Shown: positions 40,456-53,100 of the stretch, in pieces
How positions within the stretch are numbered: position 1 is the stretch's first letter
Layout of the letters: each line of letters begins with the position of its first letter
Assembly (NCBI GenBank): GCA_016180135.1
Contig: JACPBV010000015.1
Span: 2,007-66,006 of the forward strand
Source: Candidatus Woesearchaeota archaeon
Lineage (GTDB): Archaea > Nanobdellota > Nanobdellia > Woesearchaeales > JACPBV01
Length of the DNA: 64,000 nt
Direction: 5' to 3'
Position numbers and translations under genes: made by a program
The notes under the pieces: model-generated
Told to the model about the DNA's origin: nothing
Database searches by the model: none
Seen by the model: the letters and a program-made list of their open reading frames with translations, nothing else

Positions 40456-40634
40456 TGGTAAAATGCAGCTTTTGCGGGGACATCCTCAAGCCGGGGACGG
40501 GGAAGATGTTTGTGCTTATAGAAGGCAAAGCCTTATATTTCTGCACGATGAAATGTGAGAAGAATATGCTCAAGCTGAAGCGAAAGCCATACGAGACACG
40601 ATGGACAAAGCTGTACAAAAAAGCGGAAAAGTAG
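40455..40634 (+). CDS. rpl24e: 50S ribosomal protein L24e (59 aa, absent from the ORF track)
   Basis: Hand translation [20 protein letters not shown]...YFCTMKCEKN...RWTK; conserved position after rps28e. Confidence 0.93.
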   Translation: MVKCSFCGDILKPGTGKMFVLIEGKALYFCTMKCEKNMLKLKRKPYETRWTKLYKKAEK

Positions 40635-41131
40635 AAGCCGGCCAGTGCCTCGTGCTAATCAAGCCTGACGGTCTCATCAAATCCCTCACCGGGGATATCA
40701 TATCAAAATTGTCAGAGACCCAGCTTGTCATCGTTGGCGCAAAAATCGTCCAGGTCACCAGGGAGCTTGCAGAGGAGCATTACCAGCATCTCCGCGAAGA
40801 GAAATTTTTCGATGAGCTCATCCGCTATATTATGGGAGAGTTCCACACCAAGCGTGTTTTGGCATTGGTCTATCAGGGCGAAAATGCGACAGAAAAGATA
40901 AGGAAGATAGTCGGTGCGACAAACCCTGAGCTCGCTGAGCCGATCTCCATCCGCGGAAAATACGGCAGGGTCACCACAAGGGGTGTCTTTGAGAATGTCG
41001 TCCACGCATCAGAAAGCCCCAAGGAAGCCGAGCGGGAGATTAAGCTGTGGTTCAGGCCGGATGAATTGGTGAACACCCTCTTTCCAACTCAACTGAAAAA
41101 AGTCACGATCGAAAAGCTGTTCTGGAAATAA
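40601..41131 (+). CDS. ndk: Nucleoside-diphosphate kinase
   Basis: LIKPDG, EEHY, GATNP, SIRG, ENVVHASES, EREIKLWF. Confidence 0.95.
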   Translation: MDKAVQKSGKVEAGQCLVLIKPDGLIKSLTGDIISKLSETQLVIVGAKIVQVTRELAEEHYQHLREEKFFDELIRYIMGEFHTKRVLALVYQGENATEKIRKIVGATNPELAEPISIRGKYGRVTTRGVFENVVHASESPKEAEREIKLWFRPDELVNTLFPTQLKKVTIEKLFWK

Positions 41132-41214
41132 ATATTCCTGAGGATAGGCATAAAAAACAAAAAAGAGAGAAGAGTATACGCAACAGCAGGTTAACAAAAA
41201 AGGATTCTCCGAAC

Positions 41215-44200
41215 ATGGCTCCAAAGATGGTTGACAGGATGAAGGAAGTCGTCAAGACTCCGAAGAATATCAGGAATATCTGCACGTCTGCGCATATCCA
41301 TCATGGCAAATGTATCGCACCCTCGACAAGGATACTTCTTGCAGACGGGATGGTAAGGACTGCCAGGGATATTTTTGAGGAGATTGCAAAAGATGGCGCA
41401 GTCAAAGAAGACAATGAAGACCATATCATCTATTCCCCCGGCAAAAAGTTCACGATATTCTCTCTGAATAAAGAGTCAGGGCAGCTTGAGAAGAAGCCCA
41501 TCGGGTATGCATGGCGGCTGAAAGGTGGAAAGACAATTTCTATTCAGCTGAGGAATCGTTTTTCTGTCTCAACAACCCCCGAACACAGATATACTGTCTG
41601 GAAGGATGGATTCCAGGATGTCGAGGCAAAAGACATAAGCATCGGCGACAGGATTGTGTGCGCAAGGAAAACCAGTATTCAGGCAAGGATCGATCTGAAA
41701 AAGTATATTTTGGAAAGTTTGGCAAAGGGAAATTTTTACGTCAGGCTTGAAAAAGCTGCATGGCAGGAATGCAAAAGCAGGATATCAGGATATGGCATTG
41801 GCAATCTCAATATCCCGACAGGCATCAAGCCAAAATCATTTTATCACGGGCTTTGGCAGAACCGGCTCAGCCTATTGGACTTTCTGCATGCCTCCAGGAT
41901 ATTTGGCTGGAAGGCAGCAAAGGCTTATGATGCGGTAGCAAGCATCTATTACCGGACGGGAAAACAGCGCGGCCAGAATTCCCTGCCCATGAAGCTCCCC
42001 CGGAATTTTGAGGACCTCTTCTATTGCGCAGGCCTTTTCTTCGGGGACGGCTCAGGAAAGAAGTTTATCGTCGGAAAAGAGCAGCTTGCAGCTGATCTCG
42101 AAAGGATTTGCGAAGTATCGGGCATCAAGGCTGCAAGAGGGGGTTCAAAGGACAGGACGCCCGAAATCCATACAACTATGACTTTTGCCAGGCTGCTCCA
42201 TCACGTTTTTGGCTATCCCCTGGAAAAGAAGGCGCACAATATCAGGGTTTCAGAGATTCTCTGGAGATGCGGAAAAAGATACTCATCAAGATTTCTCAGG
42301 GGATATTTTGACACTGATGGGTGCGTTGAAAGCTCGAGAAGGGCAGTCACCATCACCTCTGCAAGCAAAAAGATGGTCGAAGACGTCCATCTCCTGCTCC
42401 TGAGATTTGGGTGCATCGCGATCCAGGAAAAGGACAATACCCTCACAATCTCAGGAAGGTCAGCCCTGCAGTTCCAGAAGGAGATAGGTTTTGGGCTTAA
42501 GGAAAAGGCAGCAAGGCTTCAGGCATTGGCTGCAAAAGTCTCAGGAAGCACAGTATTGGACAAAGTCGAGGTCGGCAGCCAGCTCATGCTGATGCAGAAG
42601 ACCCATAGAATGATGCCTTTCGGGGATCTTGCCTTCGTCGAAGTCACCCGGATAGAGGAAGGCCATGAAGATGTTGTTTATGATTTCACGATACCTGAAA
42701 ACAATAATTTTGTCGCTGAAGGGATGGTCATCCACAACACGGCATTTACCGACAACCTTCTCGCAGCTTCAGGACTTATGGCAGAGGCATTGGCCGGCGA
42801 CCTTGAGAAAGGCATGGCGACCTGGCAGCATTCCGACGAGCAGGAGCGGTTATTGACCGTTGACGCAGCAAATGTCTCCATGGTGCATTCTTTTGCAGGG
42901 CAGGATTACCTTATCAATCTTATTGACACTCCGGGGCACGTTGATTTCGGAGGCAATGTCACAAGGGCTATGAGGGCTATTGACGGGACTATTGTGCTTG
43001 TCTGCGCTTCAGAAGGGATCATGCCGCAGACTGAGACAGTGTTAAAGCAGGCCCTCAAGGAGAGGGTAAAGCCGGTATTATTCATCAACAAGGTTGACAG
43101 GATCATGAATGAGATGAAGCTGACTCCTGAAAAGATCCAGGAGAGGATCGCAAAGCTCATCATCGAATTCAACAAGCACATCGAGAGGATTGCTGAGCCT
43201 GAGTTCAAGGAAAAATGGAAGGTCAACATCCAGGACGGGAGCGTCGCCTTTGGCAGCGCAAGGGATAACTGGGCTTTATCGCTGCCGTTCATGCAGAAGA
43301 AGAACATCAAGTTCATCGATATTGTCAATGCCTATAACATGCAGGAAGAGGACAGGAAAAAATGGTTCTGGGAAAATTCCCCGGTGAACGAAGTCATCCT
43401 CGACATGGTCGTAAAGCACCTTCCGACGCCTGTAGAGGCCCAGGCATACAGGATTCCCAAGATCTGGCAGGGAGAGCTTGATTCGCCGCTGGGAAAGAGC
43501 ATGACCACCTGCGATCCAAACGGAAAACTTGCATTCTGCATCACCAGGGTTCTTGTCGACCAGAAAAGCGGAAGAGAGATTTCAGCGGGAAGGTTGTTTT
43601 CAGGCACCATGAGAGATGGGATGACTGTCTATATTAATAATACCAAGCAGTATGTCAGGGTCCAGAATGTGTATATGTATCTCGGGGTCAAGACAGAGCC
43701 GTTTGAGGTTATTCCTGCCGGCAATGTCCTTGCGATTGCAGGCATCCAGGGCTTTGCAGGAGACACCCTGACGGAAGAGCCCGATATGCCGTTTGTCGAG
43801 CTGAAGCACATCTTCGAGCCCGTCATCACAAAAGCGATCAAGGTCACAAAGCCCCAGGATCTTCCTAAGCTTGTTGAAGTCCTCAAGGAAGTCGCCAAAG
43901 AGGATCCCTCGATAAAGATAGAGATCAACGAAGAGACCGGCGAGAACCTCATCAGCGGGATGGGAGAGCTCCATCTCGAGATTGTTGAGAACAGGGTTGT
44001 GACGGAAAAGGGGCTGAAGATTCAGTCTTCCTCGCCTATCATCGTCTACCGTGAGAGCATCCAGAAAGTCTCCCAGGAAATTGAGGGGAAGACTCCCAAC
44101 AAGCACAATAAGTTTTATTTCATCGTCGAGCCGCTGCCTGATGAGGTTGTTGAGCTTATACGGTCCGGCCAGGTCCCTGAAGGCAGGATCAGGAAGAAAA

Positions 44201-44835
44201 ACCTTGAGATCAGGGATGCTCTTGTCGCAGTCGGGATGGAATCAAAAGAAGCCCAGTCGATCAAGGATATCTTTAACGGGAATGTCTTCGAGGACGCCAC
44301 AAAAGGGCAGGTCCACCTCGGAGAGGTTATGGAGATGGTCCTTGATATGTTTGAAGATGTCATGAAAAGGGGCCCTATCGCCAGAGAGCCGTCAGTGAGG
44401 ATAAAAGTGAAGCTGACAGACATGAAGCTCCACGAAGACGCTATCCACCGGGGCCCTGCGCAGGTCTATCCCGCTATCAGGGACGGGATCAGGGGGGCGA
44501 TGATGACCGCTAATCCGGTGCTCTTTGAGCCGATGCAGGTCCATCTGATTGAAGTTCCGTATGAGATGATGGGCGAGATCTCAAAGCTCGTCGGCAGCAA
44601 GCGGGGCCAGCTCCTGGATATCCAGCAGATCGGAGAAAAAGCCGAAATAAAAGCAAAGCTTCCCGTAGCCGAGATGATAGGCTGGGCCTCAGACTTACGA
44701 TCAGCAACAGAAGGCAGGGGCCATTCCTCCTTAGTATCGCAGACGTTCGAGAAAGTCCCTTCCGAGCTCCAGGACAAGATATCTTCCCAGATTAAGCAGA
44801 GGAAAGGATTGACGGATGCGATGGTAGGGGTGTAG
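41215..44835 (+). CDS. fusA: Translation elongation factor aEF-2, intein-containing (730-aa extein)
   Basis: AHIHHGK|T, EQERLLT, DTPGHVDF, NKVD, GMGELHL, HEDAIHRG. Confidence 0.96.
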   Translation: MAPKMVDRMKEVVKTPKNIRNICTSAHIHHGKCIAPSTRILLADGMVRTARDIFEEIAKDGAVKEDNEDHIIYSPGKKFTIFSLNKESGQLEKKPIGYAWRLKGGKTISIQLRNRFSVSTTPEHRYTVWKDGFQDVEAKDISIGDRIVCARKTSIQARIDLKKYILESLAKGNFYVRLEKAAWQECKSRISGYGIGNLNIPTGIKPKSFYHGLWQNRLSLLDFLHASRIFGWKAAKAYDAVASIYYRTGKQRGQNSLPMKLPRNFEDLFYCAGLFFGDGSGKKFIVGKEQLAADLERICEVSGIKAARGGSKDRTPEIHTTMTFARLLHHVFGYPLEKKAHNIRVSEILWRCGKRYSSRFLRGYFDTDGCVESSRRAVTITSASKKMVEDVHLLLLRFGCIAIQEKDNTLTISGRSALQFQKEIGFGLKEKAARLQALAAKVSGSTVLDKVEVGSQLMLMQKTHRMMPFGDLAFVEVTRIEEGHEDVVYDFTIPENNNFVAEGMVIHNTAFTDNLLAASGLMAEALAGDLEKGMATWQHSDEQERLLTVDAANVSMVHSFAGQDYLINLIDTPGHVDFGGNVTRAMRAIDGTIVLVCASEGIMPQTETVLKQALKERVKPVLFINKVDRIMNEMKLTPEKIQERIAKLIIEFNKHIERIAEPEFKEKWKVNIQDGSVAFGSARDNWALSLPFMQKKNIKFIDIVNAYNMQEEDRKKWFWENSPVNEVILDMVVKHLPTPVEAQAYRIPKIWQGELDSPLGKSMTTCDPNGKLAFCITRVLVDQKSGREISAGRLFSGTMRDGMTVYINNTKQYVRVQNVYMYLGVKTEPFEVIPAGNVLAIAGIQGFAGDTLTEEPDMPFVELKHIFEPVITKAIKVTKPQDLPKLVEVLKEVAKEDPSIKIEINEETGENLISGMGELHLEIVENRVVTEKGLKIQSSSPIIVYRESIQKVSQEIEGKTPNKHNKFYFIVEPLPDEVVELIRSGQVPEGRIRKKNLEIRDALVAVGMESKEAQSIKDIFNGNVFEDATKGQVHLGEVMEMVLDMFEDVMKRGPIAREPSVRIKVKLTDMKLHEDAIHRGPAQVYPAIRDGIRGAMMTANPVLFEPMQVHLIEVPYEMMGEISKLVGSKRGQLLDIQQIGEKAEIKAKLPVAEMIGWASDLRSATEGRGHSSLVSQTFEKVPSELQDKISSQIKQRKGLTDAMVGV
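41311..42738 (+). mobile_element. Intein with LAGLIDADG homing endonuclease (476 aa) in the EF-2 P-loop
   Basis: Starts CIAPSTRI, block B TTPEH, LAGLIDADG blocks AGLFFGDG and FLRGYFDTDG, ends VYDFTI...VIHN followed by Thr. Confidence 0.95.
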
Positions 44836-44998
44836 ACAAATTAAAGAAGAGGGCGTGGAAGTTTTTTCTTATGTATGAAGATGCAGAGCCATTACGCTCA
44901 ATTTTTTTTGACAAATGGGGCAGGATTTCTTTAGGATTTTCCTTTTTGCCTTGAAGCTATGCAAACTTTTTTAATTATGCGGCCGTTCCCAAGAGGCA

Positions 44999-45157
44999 AT
45001 GGAAAACAATCTCCAGAGGGCATTCGACGAATTAAAGAGAGAAGCAGCGCTAAAGAAACGAAAGAAAAAATCTGCCTTAAAGCTTCCCAAAGAAAAAAGG
45101 CTTGCTTACTATTCTGGATGGCATAAAGATGATGAACCTGTTTCCAATGTGAGTTAA
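44999..45157 (+). CDS. Small basic hypothetical protein (52 aa)
   Basis: MENNLQRAFDELKREAALKKRKKK...; TATA-like TTTAATTA ~25 nt upstream. Confidence 0.4.
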   Translation: MENNLQRAFDELKREAALKKRKKKSALKLPKEKRLAYYSGWHKDDEPVSNVS

Positions 45158-45415
45158 GTTGGCTATAGCAAACCCCCGGTAGAAAGATAGTGAAGATTAA
45201 AGCGGCATGGAAGAGATTAAAGCGGCATGGAGGAGTTTATGGCAAACCTAGATGATCCAACCTATCACTTCCATTATATATATTCCATTATAGTAATATT
45301 TAAATAGGATTTGACACCACTCTCAAATAGCAATCAATTTTCCGTAAAATACCCATAAAAAATATTCATTAAAGATAAATAACCATAAAGAAAAATAGGC
45401 ATAAGGAGAAATGAC

Positions 45416-45485
45416 AATAGGGAAACATAGGCATAAGATAATAGGGAAACATAGGCATAAGATAATAGGGAAACATAGGCATAAG
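45416..45485. repeat. 24-bp tandem repeat (AATAGGGAAACATAGGCATAAGAT x~3) upstream of the S-layer-like gene
   Basis: Units at 45416, 45440, 45464; a separate 20-bp-period duplication at 45194-45231. Confidence 0.9.
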
Positions 45486-45532
45486 GTTCCGATATTCAGT
45501 GGGGGGTAAGCTCAAAACAGGCGGGGGATGTT

Positions 45533-46951
45533 GTGATGAACAAAAATGTTGTCTTGATGGGAAAAAGTTTAGCTTTCGTAAATAAAGGGATTATCGCAGC
45601 CTTGATGGCAGTTATGCTTATGGCTGTCTTCGCCAGCGGCGCAGCAGAAATCGGCCTGAGCGCAGAGACGCTGAGCGTCAACGAAAAGCCGACAAAAGGT
45701 TTTTCAACTTCATTCTCGGTAACAAACAACGGCACAGTGAACCTTTCAGGACTTACTGTCGCTCTAACTTCCGCTGATCTCACTAATTTCAATACCTCCC
45801 TCACCCCATCGTCTTTTTCGCTGAATGTGAACCAGACCCAGATCATCACGGTTTCAGGAACAATCCCCCGGAGCATTAACACCAGGCTCAGCCCGTTTAA
45901 GGGAACGATCACTGTCGGAAATGCGCAGGCATCACGCTCCTTGTCGCTCCAGGTTACTGCTGCATCCCAGCTGGATTTTGACAATGTGAAGGCAGAAGTT
46001 GACGGCAAGACCAAAAGTGTCGATGACGGGGATTCTGTCAAGGATGTCAAGCCCGGAACAAAGCTCATCATCAGGGGAGATGTCAGGAACCTTTTCACCG
46101 ACAATGATGATATCACCATCGAAGATGTCACTGTAACGGTCATCATCGAGAATATTGACGATGGCGATGACCTTGAGGAAGAAGATGATGTCGGCGACAT
46201 AGACGCTGATGAGAAAGAGTCTTTTAAGGTTGAATTTGAGATCCCTGATGATGTTGACCAGGATGAATTTGATATCACTATCGAGGCTGAAGGCGACGAT
46301 GAGAACGGCGCCAAGCACCAGGTTGAGCTGAAAGATGTGACAATTGACGTAGAAAAAGACAAACATGACATCCTCATCACGAAAGCCGTAGTTTCCCCTA
46401 CAAAGGTAAGCTGCACAAGATCCATCAGCATGAACATTGACCTGAAGAACCAGGGAAGGTCTGATGAGGACGAAGTTGTTTTAAGGATAGAGAATGCCAA
46501 TCTGGCCATTGCACTCGAAGACACTGCTGTTCCTGAGATTGAAGAGGGGACTGGAGACGATACCGAGCTGAGCAAAAGCTATTCCTTCAAGATTGCAGAC
46601 GATGTAAGCCCGGGCACTTATCCTATCTCGATAAGGGCATTCTACGAGACCGATGTCCTTTCCGACATAAAGACTGCAGATGTTGCAGTTGAAGAATGCA
46701 GACAGGCGGGAACATCAGTTCCGCCTTTTCAGGAAGAAGACGAGCCTGTGGTTGTTGTAGCGCCTGAAGAAAGCTCAGACGATGAAGAGCCGCTTGATGT
46801 GATTTCAGAGCCGCTTGATGAGACTACAGAAACAGCAGCATTCGGCCTTTCAACTCCTGTCCTCATTGGCATCGCAAGCCTGCTCGGTGTTGGTGTTATC
46901 GTTATCATCGTCCTTGTGGTAGTGCTTGTTGGGATGAGAAAAAAGGAATAG
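45533..46951 (+). CDS. Putative S-layer/surface protein (acidic Ig/CARDB-like domains, C-terminal TM anchor)
   Basis: Signal peptide, very Asp/Glu-rich beta domains, C-terminal hydrophobic helix + RKK. Confidence 0.75.
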   Translation: MMNKNVVLMGKSLAFVNKGIIAALMAVMLMAVFASGAAEIGLSAETLSVNEKPTKGFSTSFSVTNNGTVNLSGLTVALTSADLTNFNTSLTPSSFSLNVNQTQIITVSGTIPRSINTRLSPFKGTITVGNAQASRSLSLQVTAASQLDFDNVKAEVDGKTKSVDDGDSVKDVKPGTKLIIRGDVRNLFTDNDDITIEDVTVTVIIENIDDGDDLEEEDDVGDIDADEKESFKVEFEIPDDVDQDEFDITIEAEGDDENGAKHQVELKDVTIDVEKDKHDILITKAVVSPTKVSCTRSISMNIDLKNQGRSDEDEVVLRIENANLAIALEDTAVPEIEEGTGDDTELSKSYSFKIADDVSPGTYPISIRAFYETDVLSDIKTADVAVEECRQAGTSVPPFQEEDEPVVVVAPEESSDDEEPLDVISEPLDETTETAAFGLSTPVLIGIASLLGVGVIVIIVLVVVLVGMRKKE

Positions 46952-47114
46952 GTGAGATGAAGAAAAGAGAGTGAGATAGGGGGGAATAGGAGTTCCCGAG
47001 CCTGATCACCAGAGATTCGTTTCCACAAGAATAGATTATGATTAATGCAGAAACATCGCATTGATTAATATATATTTATCTCATCATTAAGATTCCACAT
47101 AAGGGGGTTGCTGA

Positions 47115-50100
47115 GTGAAAATAAAAGAAAATTTATGGATAGCTGCTGGAATTGTATCCCTTCTCACTAGTTTGCTGATTCTTGCCGGAGCCGCTTCTGC
47201 AGAGATTCTTATAAACGAGATCATGTTTAACCCTACCGACGCCCAGGGCGGCGAGGACACCGGAGAATGGGTTGAGCTCTTCAATAACGGGGAAGAGGCT
47301 GCAGACCTGTCAGGATTCAGGCTCTGCGGCAGCAATCTTCTTGCGGGGTATGTCGAAAGGCTGAACGGCAGCACCGAGGAAGCAAACGGATTTGCGCTTG
47401 AAAGCCAAAGTTTTGCTGTCATCACCAGGGGAGGGACCGGAACCAATGTTTACAGCAGCATGGCAGTTGATCCGGACAGTCTTGCTTTCCACGTCAGCAG
47501 CGCATTATGCACCAGCGGTTTGAGCAATACAGGAGAAACAATTTCGATAGAAAACGCAACCATTCCCGTCGAGCAGGTCACTTACACCAATGGCATCGCT
47601 GCAGAGGGATTTACCGCTGAGCGCTATAACTTCCTGTCGCAGAAATTTGCCCAGAGTGAATTTGTTGATGGCTCTCCGGGATTTATCAGCAGCATCTTCG
47701 ATGAATCCCCGCCGGAGGGATTTATCGGAACAGAAAAAGCCGTCATCAACGAATCCACAACTATTCTTTTCAATGCCTCAAACTCTACTGATGATGCTGC
47801 TATTGTGAACTTCACCTACAGTTTTGGCGACGGTAACATCACCACCTCTTCTCAGGACACGATACTTCATCACTTTAACAGAAATGGCACGTTCACCATT
47901 GTCCTGACCGTAGAAGATGCTGCGGGCAATTCCAATAATACTCCAATCTCCCTGACTGTAAATGACCTTTCGCCTATAGCAGCCTTCTCAGCCTCAAATG
48001 CCACGCCAAAAGAATCCCAGATGATAACCTTCTCAGATATCTCATCCTCAGCGAATGATGCGCTCACGAGCCGCCTTTGGGATTTCGGCGACGGGACTTT
48101 CAACACAAGCGCAAACTCCACCCGCAGCTATCCGGTAAATGGGACATTCACCGTAACCCTCACCGTCAACGACAGCGACGGAAGCTCAAGCGCAGTTTCC
48201 AGGATTGTCAACGTGAGCTTTGAAAACGACGCTCCTTCAATCACCCCCTTTGCAGTAACGTTTGATGAAGATGGGTTTAACGATGCTGTTGACCTTGACG
48301 CCCAGGGAACTGACGAAGAAGATGGCAGTAATCTCACCTGGACTGCAGTGCCCTCAACATCTAATATCACTGCAGTTATCGCATCAGGAAATATCCTCAA
48401 TGTCTCAGGTGCAAAGAACTTCTCGGGCATCGGCAGTATCTCCCTCACAGCAAAAGATTCGGGAAACAGGAATGCGACAGCAGTGATCAACGTTACTATT
48501 AATCCTGTCAATGACGCTCCGGCAATCCAGCCGGTTGCAAACCTGAGCATCACTCAGGATAAGAAACTTGTCATCCAGCTCAGCGCATCGGACATTGACG
48601 GCGACAATCTCACCTTCAGCATCACCTCCACATCTCCCTTTGGAGATTTAGGAACTTTAAATGCCACTTCAGGCCTGTTTGAATTCACCCCTAATGCTTC
48701 TTTTTACAGGAATTTCCCGATTACATTCACAGCCACTGACCCATCAGGCCTGGCTGCTGACACAGCCGCAAACATCTTTGTCTTCTCAACATTAAATATA
48801 TCTTCAGTCTCTATCGGGATTTCAGCCCCCCCTACTCAGCTCCTCAGGGAAGGCCAGACAGTCCAGAATGTCCCTCCAGCCTCAATATTGAATTTCTCAA
48901 TAACTATAAAAAATACGGGAACCCAGAACATCACCCGGCTCAGGACCCAGATTGGGACAGATGACCTCGATATTGACAGGCCTGACGAAGAGTCAACGAT
49001 CCTTTTCCCGGGAGCTTCCCAGGTTTTTTTCTTCAATATCCCGCTGCCTTCGCTCATCGGTGAGGGGATCTATACTTTTGTTGCTGACACTGAGGGAGAT
49101 GATGACACGCTCTCCGGGGACGAAAGATCCAGCGATTTCTCTTTTCAGATTAACATCACACGGTCAACCCACGAGCTGCTTATCGAGGATATGGATTTCA
49201 ATGTAAACCCTTCAAAATGCCTTAATGCCAGCGCAGTTACTGTGGAGATCTCCAACATTGGTGACCGGGATGAGGTGTTTGATATCAACATCACTCAGCC
49301 ATCGCTCCGCCTTAATTTCACCGACGAGGATATAAGCCTGCCTTTTAACACGTCAGCCGAGGTCTCAGTCCCCTTTAGCGCAGCCAATGTCCCTTCAGGG
49401 AATTACAGCGTCGAGGCTCAGCTAAAATTTAACTTTGGCCTCCAGGCAAAAAAAGCAAACGCCACATTGTCCATCGATAATTGCGAGCCTGCGCTGTCAG
49501 CCGCACTTCCAGGCATCACCATCGATGAAGGCAGCTCAGCCGCATTGAGCCTCAAAGACTTTTTCACCGATCTCAATAATGATACCCTTTCCTTTGCAAA
49601 AGTGGGCGGCCAGAATCTTTCAATCATTATCTTAACCAACGGCACAGTTACGATAAGCTCCCCAACAGACTTTTTCGGCTCATCCAATGTTTCGTTCACC
49701 GCAAGCGACAGCCAAAACACCACAAGGAGCAACAATATCACAGTTACCGTAACTCCGGTCAATGATGCCCCGGCAATATCAGCAATTCCTTCCCAGACTG
49801 TAAACCAGGGTTCTCCGTTTACATTTCAGGTTGCTGCATCCGATGTAGAGAATGATACATTATCCTTTTCGATTGATGTCAACGATTCCGTCAGCCTTGC
49901 CAGCCTCATCATCAGCCAGTCGGGGCTGATCTCAGGGTTCACTCCCTCAAATGCAGACGCCGGGAAAGTGTTTCTGGTAAATGTCACCGTCAATGATTCT
50001 TTGAATGCCAGTAAAGCATCCTTTACGCTTGCAGTTTCCAATGTCAATGACGCCCCTCAGTTCAATACCTCAGCATCAATCCCAGATTTCACGATCGCTG

Positions 50101-53100
50101 AAGACAGTTCAGCATCTCTTTCGCTGGTACCGTTCTTTTTCGACTCTGACGGCGACAGCCTGACTTTTATTTCAGCCAGCAGCAATGAGCATATCCGGGT
50201 ATCTGTCAACCAGACTTCAGGGATAGCGGCAATCACGCCTGATGCAAATTTCAGCGGGACTGGAAATATTTCGTTTGGGGCTTCCGACGGGACATCATCC
50301 TCAAACTTCAGCAATACGGCAGTTATCAACGTGACTCCGGTCAATGATGCTCCTTCAGTCCAAAGCATCACATCTCCACAGCGTGCCATCGCAGGGAATG
50401 TGTTCTTTCTGGCAGTCAATGCGTCCGATATAGACAATGATACTTTGTCATTTGCCGCAAACACAACCCTCTTTGCCGTCAATGCCAACGGCACTATCTC
50501 TTTCGTCCCTTCCTTTGATGATGTAGGGCTTTCTGAAGCCATAGCGGTAAATGTTTCCGACGGCAATGCCTCCATAACCAAAGAGTTTATCCTTGAGGTC
50601 ATCAACGTCCTCAGCATCAGCGATGAAGCAGTCAGCTTCAATAATTCAGCCTTCGCTCCAATACAGGATAATGAAGTGATAGAAGGGATCATTATCGGCC
50701 ACAATCTCAAAGTCCGCGCCAATGTCACCAATTTTCTCACAAGCGCCCTCAATCTTGGAAGGATGAATGCGACAATTACTGACGGCCAGTCCGGCCAGTC
50801 AGTATTCGCAAAAGCCACAGTCAGCTTAGGAACTTTGCCAAAACAATCTTCACAGACAGTGACCTTAGACTTTGGGAATCTTCCATCAATCCCTAATGGC
50901 GCCTACAGCCTTGTCCTTGAAGCCCGGGGTGAGAATGCATTCGGCACATTTGAGGCGTCCCGGGAGTTTATCATAGCAATATCCAGCGAAGCAGGCCAGA
51001 TCCTCCTGAGCAGCATAACAGCTGCGCCTTCGGAGGTAGCCTGCAATAGGGCTTTTACTCTCAATGCTTCCGTCAGGAATTCAGACGGCTTTGGCAGCAG
51101 CCTTAATGCCTCAGTGCAGGCTTCCAGCCAGCAGCTCGGCCTGAACTCAGTCTCATCGTTCCAGGAAATAGCCTTTGGCGATGCCAAAGTGTTCTCTCTC
51201 CCTCTTGCAGCCCCATTTGCTGCAGCTCCGGGAACATATGCATTCACTATCATTGCCAACACCTCCCAGGGGACAGAAGCAAGAGGAACGCAGTCAATCG
51301 TAGTCCAGCCATGCGCCCTCCAGTTCTCGCCGGAAAATGACCCGGTCATCTCGCACAGGGCTCAGCAGCAGTTCGCAATCGCAGACCTCAAAGATTTCCC
51401 TGTGAGCGAAATCCTCTGGCAGCTTGACGGCATCAATCAGTCCCAGAGCTTCAACCAGGAATCTTTCACCTATCTGCCCGACAACAGGACTGGAAAAAAT
51501 TTCCACAGCATCGTTGTCAGGGCCAAAGACAGCAGCGGCAACACGCTCCAGAAAAACTGGCTTCTTACTGCTGCATCATTCCCGATTGCCGATACGCTTC
51601 AGGCTGCGCCGCAGCTTTCCGCATTGAATGAAAGCCAGCTCGCCAGCGTCAACCTGACGCTCACCAAGGCCAACAGGGGTTCAGTCCAGTTCCTCGAGCC
51701 GGTTGACCTCTCCAATATTGTCGTTCTCGACGGCAAAGTCAACTTCACAGCAACAGGGATCATAGCGGTAGACACCAGCGGCTCAACAGTTGCCCTGAAC
51801 AAGCCTGCAAGGATCACCTTGACAGGGCTGTCTTACACCGCTGCCCCAAGAATATTCTTCAACAATGGATTTACAACAGATCCGGCAGCATTCACCGATG
51901 ACTGCACCAACATATTCTGCTTCATCCAGAATTTCACCCCTGCGCCGACAGCCAACGGCCAGATCACGTTTAATGTCACCCACTTTTCAAGCTTTTTTGT
52001 CAATGCGTCGCAGCCCCAGCAGGCGCAGCCAGCGCCGGGGAGCCCGTCTGCCAATGCCGGAAGCGACCAGTCAGTTTCCGCAGGAACAAAGGTTGCTCTT
52101 GACGGCAGCTCCTCAACGGATGCAGACGGCTCAATATCCGCATTTTCCTGGTCGCAGTCCTCAGGCCCTTCAGTCTCAATAAATAATGCCACTCAGGCAA
52201 AAGCAAACTTCATCCCGGCAGTTGATGGAACTTACATCTTTTCCCTTGCCGTAACAGACAATTCCGGGCTGACAGGTTCGGATTCTGTGACAATTACCGT
52301 CGGTAAGGAAAGCAGGCTCAGGATTACAGACCTTGACATCAAGGTTGGCGATAAGACCAGCAAGGATATTAAGGACGGAGAGACCATCAGCAGGAAAGCC
52401 CAGCCGGGAGATAAAATAGTATTTGACATTGAGGCAGGAAATGCTTTTGCATCATCATCAAACACCGATATTGAAGACATTGAGATTGAAGTTACTATCA
52501 AGGATGCCGATGACGGCGATGATGTTGATGACACCATCGACATTGAAGACCTTGAGCCCGGTGATGATGATTCCGGAACAGTTACCCTTACCCTGCCGAC
52601 GATCATTGACGAAGACACCTACGATGTGGAGATTATTGTTGACGGCGACTCTGATGAAGGTTCTCAGAGAGATGTATTTAATCTCAAGCTTGAAGTTGAA
52701 AAGGACAAGGATGAGCTGCTGATTGACCGCGCTTCCGCCAGCCCCGCAAAAGTCACCTGCGACAGAAGGCCCATCATCAGCTTCAGAGTCGTCAATATCG
52801 GAAGCAACGACCAGGACGACGCAAGGGTTGTTATTGAAAGCCCGGAGCTGAATATCCTGAAAGTTTTTGACAGCTTAAACCTTGAAGAAGGCGACCAGGA
52901 AGACGACAGCGCCCTCAGCGAGAGCTTTACAATATCGATCGGCTCAGCCATCGCTCCAGGCAGTTACCCTATAAAGATCAGGGCCTATGCCGACAACAAT
53001 AAGCTTGTTGATGACGAAACTGTCACTTTAGAAGTCGGCAGCTGCGCTGAAAGGCAGGTGACCCCAGTCAGAGAATCCAGAAAAGACGTTGAAGTGAAGA

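Noticed and set aside
45496-46575. Ser-rich 359-aa minus-strand ORF and similar ORFs opposite the giant genes (e.g. 50057-50818, 55332-56450)
   Set aside because: Shadows caused by GAN-rich codon bias on the coding strand
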